Translations under genes and position numbers: made by a program
Origin: Candidatus Saccharimonadales bacterium
GTDB lineage: Bacteria > Patescibacteriota > Saccharimonadia > Saccharimonadales > UBA4665
Length of the DNA: 64,000 nt
Direction: 5' to 3'
NCBI GenBank assembly: GCA_035692985.1
Contig: DASSHG010000009.1
Coordinates: forward strand, 7,717 to 71,716
Shown: one piece after another, positions 1 through 6,924 of the stretch
How the letters are laid out: every line of letters starts with the position of its first letter
Numbering within the stretch: the first letter of the stretch is position 1
Notes under the pieces: model-generated
Told to the model about the DNA's origin: nothing
What the model saw: the letters and a program-made list of their open reading frames with translations, nothing else
Databases searched by the model: none

Positions 1-405
1 AAAGCACTCAACGAAAAACTGCACCCTAACCTATTCCCCGGCCTCAATCCGGACAATTTACCCTATTTTGTGCCGATTGCTGCCGTGGCCCGCGGCCGCA
101 CCCTCATCCACGACTGGATGTACGAAAACCGTGCCATTTATTACACCGAGATGACCAAGGTCGGGGCTACTGTCGAGCTAGCGGATCCGCACCGCATCTA
201 CATTATCGGACCGACTAAGTTCAAAGCGGCCGACGTTGTCTGCCCACCGGCGCTGCGTCCCGCCAGCTTACTGCTAATCGGCATGCTCGCCGCCAAAGGC
301 ACCAGCATGCTGCGCAACGTCTACACTATCAATCGCGGCTATGAAGACCTGGCCGCTCGCCTCAACAGCCTCGGCGCCAAGATTACCGTATTGCACGAGA
401 TATAA
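1..405 (+). CDS. murA: UDP-N-acetylglucosamine 1-carboxyvinyltransferase, C-terminal part (5' end outside window)
   Basis: The frame is open from the window edge. The C-terminus ...CPPALRPASLLLIGMLAAKGTSMLRNVYTINRGYEDLAARLNSLGAKI is MurA-like. Stop TAA at 403-405. Confidence 0.85.
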   Translation, partial: KALNEKLHPNLFPGLNPDNLPYFVPIAAVARGRTLIHDWMYENRAIYYTEMTKVGATVELADPHRIYIIGPTKFKAADVVCPPALRPASLLLIGMLAAKGTSMLRNVYTINRGYEDLAARLNSLGAKITVLHEI

Positions 406-408
406 AGA

Positions 409-762
409 TTATGCGACCACTGGCTCTGCTGCCAGCTCACTGAAATATTCGCTGATTACTTCTGTCATGTGCTGGCTGGGAATAGCAACGTCTTTGCCAG
501 ACAGGTCTCTCATCATGCTTAAATTTCCTAAGGCTCTGCCCAGAGTTGCTACTCTCATATCAACAAACTGAGGATAATCTTCAGGTTTATGAGAATACGG
601 CCTCACCAGACCTAATGACAGCATGCCTGCGCCAACGTAGTTCCAGAAACGAAGCCCTTCAAGGCTACTAAAGCGAACGGCATCACCGAATGCCCATCTT
701 TCGTCATGCGTATCAAATCTCACTCGCGCTTTGTTACCCTCGTCAAGTGATTCGATATCCAT
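409..762 (-). CDS. hypothetical protein (117 aa), host-type composition
   Basis: ATG at 760-762, which is Met103 of the 409..1068 track ORF. Preceded by TGATATAAT plus 7 nt. The longer track version would cross attL into GC-rich foreign DNA. Confidence 0.5.
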   Translation of the reverse strand: MDIESLDEGNKARVRFDTHDERWAFGDAVRFSSLEGLRFWNYVGAGMLSLGLVRPYSHKPEDYPQFVDMRVATLGRALGNLSMMRDLSGKDVAIPSQHMTEVISEYFSELAAEPVVA

Positions 763-769
763 GACAATA

Positions 770-778
770 ATTATATCA
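770..778 (-). promoter_or_regulatory. extended -10 box (TGATATAAT) 7 nt upstream of ATG 762; leaderless-type promoter
   Basis: The reverse complement of 770-778 is TGATATAAT, the same 9-mer found at the tRNA and GGDEF promoters in this window. Confidence 0.45.
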
Positions 779-1173
779 TGCTGGTACCCCTCACGGGAGC
801 ACTTTCCAAAAACGGAACCGCCAATCAGCTCGCACGCCTGAACGCGCTCCGCAAGAAGCTGCTCCGGGAAGCCGCCAAAGCGCCCAAGCTTCCGACACCT
901 CCCCCACCACGCCGCATTGGCGAAATCTCCGGGGCCATCAACGAAGTCTTGACCAACGCGTGCGAGCCGCTGCATGCCGCCGAAATCCATCACGCAGTCG
1001 AGCGCCTGCTTGGCCGCTCCGTCAACTACCGCTCCGTCAAAGGCTGTCTGTCCGAGGGAGCGGCGCACCGCCCACCGCGATTTGAGCGCATCAGCTACGG
1101 GCGATACCGGCTAGCAGCAAACGCAGGACTGGCCTCGGCGAACCGCCGCCGAGATCGGGGGAGACAAACCTAG
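778..1173 (+). CDS. detached C-terminal segment of the split serine integrase (winged-helix, HARE-HTH-like pattern); expressed alone it would be 131 aa
   Basis: GC-rich third codon positions. ...EPLHAAEIHHAVERLLGRSVNYRSVKGCLSEGAAHRPPRFERISYGRYRL resembles a winged-helix pattern. The frame is in phase with the int ORF across the 9-bp repeat. ATG 778-780 lies in host DNA just outside the repeat. Confidence 0.55.
   Translation: MLVPLTGALSKNGTANQLARLNALRKKLLREAAKAPKLPTPPPPRRIGEISGAINEVLTNACEPLHAAEIHHAVERLLGRSVNYRSVKGCLSEGAAHRPPRFERISYGRYRLAANAGLASANRRRDRGRQT
782..790. repeat. attL core, direct repeat TGGTACCCC
   Basis: Identical 9-mer to 13121-13129. GC-rich DNA starts here. Confidence 0.7.
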
Positions 1174-2402
1174 AACGGAATATCCTGACTATCGTCTTCG
1201 TGTGCCTCAGCTCCGGCGCCGTCGTCTTGTGGAACCGTTTCAGAACCACCGTTGCCATCGCTCTCAAGCACCTCATCAGATTCCTGACCAAACAGAATTC
1301 GCAGCCGTCGCAATACCTCGTCATAGGTGATTACCGTCAAACTGAATAGCCCTTGTCGGAAATGGTTGAACGAGTCCTGCTGACGCTGATCAAGAGAGTC
1401 GAGCATTCCGCAGATGAGCACGCCCTTTGGATGCACGCGATTCAGCCCCGCGAAGCCGAGTCCAAGCGTATGACTGAAATTGTCAATGGCGACTGCTATC
1501 TGATTCCGCACTTGAACAATCCCACCCGAAAGATCGGCATGGATACTGTAGCTCTCATTTGGCAATCCAGAGCCAACATCTCCACGGTAGATCGAGCCGA
1601 CAAGCCCAGCCGACGGAGTCTTGATGTCCACTACAGAAAAGCTCTTGGTGCTTGCATCTGAGGCGAGAAAGTCCGTCGCCACACCACCTTTACCCTGACG
1701 CCCAAGCGGAAGCTTTCCCCCGAGATAAACCTCATCCCCAAGTATAAACACGGATGCTGAAAAGACTGCTTGGAGAATCCACGGATTACTAGAGAAGAAC
1801 TCGTGCCAGAAGGGCTCATCCCCCCGATGGCTTTGGAGGGCTGCTTCAAGCTCGTCTATGACAGCCTCACGATCAAGTTGTATCTTCGCAATCGCAAGAC
1901 GAGAAGCAAGGTCAGGGTCTTTTTCGGTCAGCGCCTTCCAAAACTCTTGCGAATAGCCATGATCCAGCATCTCTTGAATAGCCTGGGATTTGGTACTGTC
2001 GTCAACGATCAGCACCTCCTCCTTCTTTGCGACAACGAAGTTGGCGTCCCCGTATTGAACACCCTGCCCCTGGACGCGATATAGATGGGTCAGCTTCTCG
2101 AACAGCCGAGTCGTCGCCTCGGTGTCAAGCTCAATCGCCACACCACAGTCGGCAGGGACTTTGGTGAAGTTGACCTCATTCACATCCTTCCATGAACCGT
2201 CTTGGCCGATCTTTTGTCGGATGATTTCCCCTCGCACCCCGCCGGAATGAAGCCCAGGTCGAAACACCGTGCGAGTTCGAGCCGTGGTACTCAGCACGAT
2301 GTCATCCGCCGTGGCGTAACCACGCTTAACGTAGTGCGTCTTAATCTCGTCTGCCAAGTTACCTCCTAAGGTGAACGCGCCGGACAGCGGCCCGGCAGCC
2401 AC
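1170..2402 (-). CDS. sduA: Shedu-type defence nuclease SduA (DUF4263, PD-(D/E)xK)
   Basis: FWHEFFSSNPWILQ..., TDFL...SFSVVDIKTP (D...D-x-K), VQVRNQ, KGVLICG and a C-proximal VITYDEVL match the DUF4263 pattern from memory. Start is GTG 2402; an alternative TTG at 2357 follows GGAGGT. Confidence 0.7.
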   Translation of the reverse strand: MAAGPLSGAFTLGGNLADEIKTHYVKRGYATADDIVLSTTARTRTVFRPGLHSGGVRGEIIRQKIGQDGSWKDVNEVNFTKVPADCGVAIELDTEATTRLFEKLTHLYRVQGQGVQYGDANFVVAKKEEVLIVDDSTKSQAIQEMLDHGYSQEFWKALTEKDPDLASRLAIAKIQLDREAVIDELEAALQSHRGDEPFWHEFFSSNPWILQAVFSASVFILGDEVYLGGKLPLGRQGKGGVATDFLASDASTKSFSVVDIKTPSAGLVGSIYRGDVGSGLPNESYSIHADLSGGIVQVRNQIAVAIDNFSHTLGLGFAGLNRVHPKGVLICGMLDSLDQRQQDSFNHFRQGLFSLTVITYDEVLRRLRILFGQESDEVLESDGNGGSETVPQDDGAGAEAHEDDSQDIPF

Positions 2403-2482
2403 ACACGTAGTCTACGCCCAATGAGATAGTCGTGACAAGCGCTACACGGTCGGCCAGGCAGAGACGGCGTCGCTGCACCTAC

Positions 2483-2584
2483 CTAGCCACCAGCGCCTAT
2501 GCCAAAAAACACGGCAACGATCAGAACGAGTCCCGCAACAATGATGAAAACATTAATCGCCGTAGTATCAGCGAGAACGATCAC
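2483..2584 (-). CDS. 33-aa hydrophobic single-TM peptide (MIVLADTTAINVFIIVAGLVLIVAVFFGIGAGG)
   Basis: Below the ORF-track size cutoff. GTG start preceded by GGAAGGAGAA plus 6 nt. Lies 26 nt downstream of the 162-aa gene on the same strand. Confidence 0.4.
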   Translation of the reverse strand: MIVLADTTAINVFIIVAGLVLIVAVFFGIGAGG

Positions 2585-2610
2585 CTAGATTTCTCCTTCC
2601 TCGGGCGACT

Positions 2611-3099
2611 CTAGTCGATGATTGGCGTAAGCCACGCCGAAGCGTCGGAGAAATTGACGGGCTCAGTTCGAGAGTCAGCTCGTAGCTTGTTGAGGCGAAC
2701 ACGACGCTGGTTCTTGCCATCAAGATTGAAACGATCCTCAATGACCTCTCGCGTGGCTTTGAGGCCCTCGGTAATCTGGAAATCCTCATCGAAAAGAACC
2801 ACGACAACTGAGTCGTACTCGTCCTCGCTAATGGGCGATAAGACGGTGGGCGTGGAGTCCGGCGTTTCGCGACGGGACTTGACCTGGATTCGCTCGCCAG
2901 ACGGGGTCTTCACGTCCCATCCCTTCTGACTAAAGGAAGCCCGCTCGCCCTTGAAGTGGTCGCAGACAATCGCCTCAGCGATATCCCCCACAGGGTTATT
3001 ATTGGTGCGGATAACTCCGAGAGCACGAAGCTGGCGCATAATCGCAACCCAGTCGCTTAATAGCTCACATTTATCCTTGCTACTTGCGTCGTAGGCCAC
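2611..3099 (-). CDS. small PD-(D/E)xK-like nuclease-fold protein (162 aa), family not identified
   Basis: GDIAEAIV...KGWDV...RIQVKSRR reads as a D...(E/Q)xK-type motif. GTG start with GGTGGAG upstream. Confidence 0.5.
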   Translation of the reverse strand: MAYDASSKDKCELLSDWVAIMRQLRALGVIRTNNNPVGDIAEAIVCDHFKGERASFSQKGWDVKTPSGERIQVKSRRETPDSTPTVLSPISEDEYDSVVVVLFDEDFQITEGLKATREVIEDRFNLDGKNQRRVRLNKLRADSRTEPVNFSDASAWLTPIID

Positions 3100-3123
3100 G
3101 CCTTATCTGCTCCACCCCGACGG

Positions 3124-3294
3124 CTACGTCTTCGGACGTTCGCCAGCCTCTTCACGAAGCATTTCAATTTCCCGTCGCACTCCATTCAGTAAGTCCCAAG
3201 TGTACTCATCGTCTTCGGTCTTGATCTGAGCAGCAAGCTGACGGACAACCTCCTCAAGATTCCGCAGAGCGTTGAGTATCGTTGTTGAGGTCAT
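3124..3294 (-). CDS. 56-aa helical/charged small protein
   Basis: Translated by hand as MTSTTILNALRNLEEVVRQLAAQIKTEDDEYTWDLLNGVRREIEMLREEAGERPKT. Its ATG abuts the upstream stop (TAGATG). Below the ORF-track cutoff. Confidence 0.4.
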   Translation of the reverse strand: MTSTTILNALRNLEEVVRQLAAQIKTEDDEYTWDLLNGVRREIEMLREEAGERPKT

Positions 3295-3693
3295 CTAGCC
3301 CTGGTTTTCGTCTGCGAGCTGGCGTGCAGTAAGCCCAACTACGAGGGCAAGGAAGGCAGCTGCATCAGCTTGCCTCTCAGCCGCTGCCACGACCGATCCA
3401 GTGGCCTCGCCCTCTGGTACCTGTAAATGCAAGGGAATTGCAGCACGATGCGCTTCCATGCCTTCCCAAAAAGCTCGCTGCGCATCATCACCCATACCGA
3501 CCGATTCCCGAAGGGCTCGTAGCTGATCGGTCGTTTTCTCGCCGCCCGTGAAGCTCTGCTCGATCGCTTCACGCACCGTGATCTCACCGGCCTCGGCTTG
3601 CGCCAAAAGCTCGTCGCTAACTGGCTCAAGCGTCACGAAGTCTCCCCAGCGTCTGAACGCCTCTCTGACCTCCTCTGGGCCGATCTCCGCCAC
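3295..3693 (-). CDS. hypothetical protein (132 aa)
   Basis: GC-rich ORF with a GTG start. It is the second gene of a same-strand operon. No recognisable motif. Confidence 0.55.
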   Translation of the reverse strand: MAEIGPEEVREAFRRWGDFVTLEPVSDELLAQAEAGEITVREAIEQSFTGGEKTTDQLRALRESVGMGDDAQRAFWEGMEAHRAAIPLHLQVPEGEATGSVVAAAERQADAAAFLALVVGLTARQLADENQG

Positions 3694-3717
3694 CGAGCGA
3701 AGCCTACCGCCTGTCCG

Positions 3718-4050
3718 CTAGCTCCTGACGATCTGCGAAACGCGCTGATGGCTCATGCCCATCACCTGGGCGATGGCCTTCATCGGCAGACCGTCCTTGT
3801 AGGCGGCGCGAACGGCTTCGTCCCGCTCCTCGCGGAGCCGCTCGGCCGCCTTCTCCAGCTCGCCTTGACGACGGGCATAGTCCTTGGCAAAGGCCTTTAG
3901 GCGGGTTTTGGCCTGCGGTGCATGGCGTTTGGGACGGGCGATACAGAGGATGCTCTGCGGTATTCCTGCTAGTCGGTTAGCATGAAGTCCTACGCAGGGA
4001 GAGGCGGCCGCCTCATCCGACCTCGATTCACAAGGAGGCGTCGTTGCCAA
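3718..4050 (-). CDS. helix-turn-helix DNA-binding protein (sigma-70 region-4-like C-terminus); start uncertain
   Basis: The C-terminus is DGLPMKAIAQVMGMSHQRVSQIVRS. The only in-frame start candidates are TTG 4050, a TTG near 4110 and ATG 4221. The longest version overlaps the well-supported gene at 4044. Confidence 0.5.
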   Translation of the reverse strand: MATTPPCESRSDEAAASPCVGLHANRLAGIPQSILCIARPKRHAPQAKTRLKAFAKDYARRQGELEKAAERLREERDEAVRAAYKDGLPMKAIAQVMGMSHQRVSQIVRS

Positions 4051-4889
4051 GCCGAGTCCGACTTTCCACCAGCCGCGTGGCAGTTCTGATCGGAGCCGTC
4101 CTCTTGCTCCTGCCCACGTCAACGCTTGCAGCCAGCGCCGGGGGCAAGCACCGTCGTCACGCTCATCCCCAGGTGTCCTGGACGCTGCCGCATGTAGTGA
4201 GCGAAGGCCAAACGATTCCATTTACCTGGAAGGCCACCGGCCACCTTGGCCCCAACTACCGCCTCGTCGTCCAGCGGCCGGTGGGTACCGCCCATACCTG
4301 GAAAACCATGCTGAGACTGAAAACCCGTAAGGGCTCAGCCGAGCTGCCAGGACAAAAGCTTGGCACCTACCGCTTCCGACTGGCAGCGCTCCGAGGACAC
4401 CTGGTGCTGGCCCAGAAAGTCCTCGGCATCGATGCGTTCGGTCAAGTGCCGTTCTCGGTGCTGCTGCGCAATGGCTACCTGACTACTGGACACCTGGAAA
4501 ACGGCGTCTATGCCACGCCATCAAGCAGCTTTCCCTATGTCGGGGGAGCCTACGTTGGAGACCATGGACGACCGAACACGGTCTTTTCGGTGAACCACAA
4601 CCGGTGCTCGGCAGTCCACGTTGGCTTCGTGCTCGGTGAAACGCCCGGCGAAGGCTATAGCTACCCCGCATCAATCTACGGTGTCGTTACGCTGGTACAG
4701 CAGTCCCGTGATCCGGTTGCATCGGAAGTGCCCTTCAATGGCATCGGCTCGGTAGACGCGGAACTTGTGCCTGGTCAGACCTGGTCCCTGCTGGTTGAAG
4801 AAAACAACCGGGAAGGCAAGCTAGGGTCGCCGACCGTCTACTTCAATGGCTACGCCATCTGCGACAGCACGGAATCGTTCTTCTCGTAA
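4044..4889 (+). CDS. secreted hypothetical protein (281 aa)
   Basis: TTG start 5 nt after AAGGAGG. Signal-peptide-like N-terminus RVAVLIGAVLLLLPTSTLAASA. Confidence 0.6.
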   Translation: MPSRVRLSTSRVAVLIGAVLLLLPTSTLAASAGGKHRRHAHPQVSWTLPHVVSEGQTIPFTWKATGHLGPNYRLVVQRPVGTAHTWKTMLRLKTRKGSAELPGQKLGTYRFRLAALRGHLVLAQKVLGIDAFGQVPFSVLLRNGYLTTGHLENGVYATPSSSFPYVGGAYVGDHGRPNTVFSVNHNRCSAVHVGFVLGETPGEGYSYPASIYGVVTLVQQSRDPVASEVPFNGIGSVDAELVPGQTWSLLVEENNREGKLGSPTVYFNGYAICDSTESFFS

Positions 4890-4955
4890 AGCGCCAGGGT
4901 GGAGCGGGCGTCTCAACTTCGTTGATACTCCGATCTGTGCATACTTCACCCTCTA

Positions 4956-5738
4956 ATGGCGGACGGAGCGAATAGAGCCGCAGAACTGCTTCAGCAAGCC
5001 TATGCGAGCGGAGAGCTTTCTGAGGAGTCCTCACAGGCTCTGATCGCGGCTGGAGACGTTGGTCGGGAGGTCGGCTACGCGCTCGGTGGGGGCGGCCACG
5101 GTGACGAATTGTTGCTTGTCACTATCCTTGCCGACGATTCAGGGTCTATCTCAGTCATTCCGGGCGGTGCGGAGGCGGTTCGCCAGGGTCACAACCACTG
5201 CCTTGACGCGCTCGACACCGAACAGGGAGCCGAAGCGCTCGTCCACACGCGCTATCTGAATGCCGGCAGCTTGTCCCCCTATCGAGGTCTAGCTACTGCC
5301 ACGCGCCTTAGCGCCGAGAACTTTAATCCCGTAGCCGGTCATACGCCGCTCTACAGGCAATCCGTTCTCACGCTAGGTGCCGTCATGGCGAAGGTTCAAG
5401 AGCAGAAGGCCGAGGGGCGGCTTGTCAGGGCTTTCACGCTCATCATTACCGACGGCGGCGACAATGCATCGGGCCAGGTAAGCGCCCAGCATGTGAACTT
5501 CCTCGTCCGCGACATGCTGGACTTCTCAGACGATTACATCGTCGCCGGTATGGGCATCGGTCAACGCGCCACATTCCAGCCCATCTTTCGCGCGATGGGA
5601 ATCCCGGAGGGTTGGATTCTCACCGCCGATGCCTTGCCAGAGGAGATAAGCAAGCTGTTCCGCAAAATCGCGCAATCCCTCCAGCTTGCGGCAAGCGGCG
5701 AGGCTGGCTGGCTTCAACTGGAGGCCGGACCGCCCTGA
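4956..5738 (+). CDS. von Willebrand factor A (vWA) domain protein with intact MIDAS
   Basis: LLLVTILADDSGSIS (DxSxS), GHTPLY (Thr) and LIITDGGDN (Asp) are arranged as in vWA domains. Confidence 0.7.
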   Translation: MADGANRAAELLQQAYASGELSEESSQALIAAGDVGREVGYALGGGGHGDELLLVTILADDSGSISVIPGGAEAVRQGHNHCLDALDTEQGAEALVHTRYLNAGSLSPYRGLATATRLSAENFNPVAGHTPLYRQSVLTLGAVMAKVQEQKAEGRLVRAFTLIITDGGDNASGQVSAQHVNFLVRDMLDFSDDYIVAGMGIGQRATFQPIFRAMGIPEGWILTADALPEEISKLFRKIAQSLQLAASGEAGWLQLEAGPP

Positions 5739-6094
5739 GATGGTGGCGATTGACGCCCATCGCCGGTTTCCTCCTCCTGTGGCCAGCAGCGAGCCAGCTC
5801 CTGGTCGGCATCCGGACCGGCATAAATGCCAAGACCGGGCTTGTGGGCTAATGGCCGCTCTTCGTCCAAGTCGAAAGCGTGGCCAGTGTAGACATTTTTC
5901 GAACCAAAGAAGTTTTCGACACTGTCAATTCGCGATAGGTGGGTCGCATCTGCTCGATCTTCCTGATTTTCTAAAAAGACAAAGCCCTTCGCCGCATATT
6001 CCGGCCAATTGTCTTCGGTAATAATGTCACGCCGTACCCGCACGAAGTTGGGGTCGCTATCAGCGGTTGGCTGCTGGGCTGAGGATTCACTCAT
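5714..6094 (-). CDS. hypothetical protein (126 aa)
   Basis: ORF with an ATG start. It converges on, and overlaps, the vWA gene by 25 nt. It diverges from the J-domain gene across an AT-rich ~65-nt spacer. Confidence 0.45.
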   Translation of the reverse strand: MSESSAQQPTADSDPNFVRVRRDIITEDNWPEYAAKGFVFLENQEDRADATHLSRIDSVENFFGSKNVYTGHAFDLDEERPLAHKPGLGIYAGPDADQELARCWPQEEETGDGRQSPPSQGGPASS

Positions 6095-6159
6095 ATATTA
6101 CATCCTGTTTACATACCCAGCGTACGCCCCCCTCCCGTGTAAGTCCAGAGGGTGATGCA

Positions 6160-6924
6160 ATGCCCGACGATGCATCACTGGACTTCTTCAAGCTGCTTGG
6201 GGTCGGGCGCGATGCCTCCGACCAAGAAATCAAGAAAGCGCACAAACGGCTGGTCCGGAAGTACCACTCAGATACTGGCGGCGCGACAGCGAACGACGAG
6301 AAGTTCATGAAAATACAGGCGGCATATGAGACGCTTAAAGATCCCTACAAGCGAGCAGAACACGAAGCCGAGCTAGGAAAACAGGAGCAAGCGAAGATGC
6401 GTCGCCGCGAGCAAGCACGGCGGCGCCGAGCCCGCGCCCCAACGGAAGACGCGACGAATATCTTCGGGGAACACATCCGTGATTCCCACTCCAATACTGG
6501 ACCGGGCGTGTCGTCTCGGCCACCACACGCCGCGAGCCCACCCCCAAGAGCATCACCAGCCCCTCCGCCGCCAGGCTCTACCAACCGGCCGAAGCCGTCA
6601 CCGACCCCAGCGCCATCTTACCCGCCTCCGATGAGATGGTACGAGTATTTCCTCGCGGATTCCGTATCCGGAAAACTCCTCGCGCTGTTCGCATCAGCGG
6701 GACTGACGACTGCGGTCATTCTCATCCCCCATGCGGTGGCTACCGGCATAGAAGCGGGGGCATCTCAAGATCACAATTTTCTCGCGGCGCTTGTACTTCT
6801 CGCGGCCGGGCTCGCGGGCGGTATCGGGGGAATCTTTGGAATACTCCTGACGGCATACTGTTTCTTCTCCCTTATCGCTGTGACCCTACGGGAGATAGGC
6901 AGCGCCTTGCGTCAGACGCCGTAA
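6160..6924 (+). CDS. J-domain membrane protein with HSD in place of HPD
   Basis: LDFFKLLGVGRDASDQEIKKAHKRLVRKYHSDTGG...KIQAAYETLKDPYKRAEHE is a J domain. A Pro-rich linker and 2-3 C-terminal TM helices follow. ATG 6160 is Met32 of the track ORF. Confidence 0.7.
   Translation: MPDDASLDFFKLLGVGRDASDQEIKKAHKRLVRKYHSDTGGATANDEKFMKIQAAYETLKDPYKRAEHEAELGKQEQAKMRRREQARRRRARAPTEDATNIFGEHIRDSHSNTGPGVSSRPPHAASPPPRASPAPPPPGSTNRPKPSPTPAPSYPPPMRWYEYFLADSVSGKLLALFASAGLTTAVILIPHAVATGIEAGASQDHNFLAALVLLAAGLAGGIGGIFGILLTAYCFFSLIAVTLREIGSALRQTP

Noticed and set aside
763-1068. N-terminal extension of the minus-strand ORF 409..1068 (219-aa version)
   Set aside because: The extension lies antisense to a GC-rich ORF with proper third-position bias and crosses the attL repeat into foreign DNA. 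Its sequence is Gly/Arg/Ala/Trp-rich, as expected from antisense GC-rich coding DNA. The internal ATG 762 has a host-type promoter.
2432-2614. Plus-strand 60-aa ORF between Shedu and the nuclease-like gene
   Set aside because: It has no ribosome-binding site and an Arg/Asn-rich composition. The opposite strand carries a strongly SD-led hydrophobic peptide ORF, which explains the open frame better.
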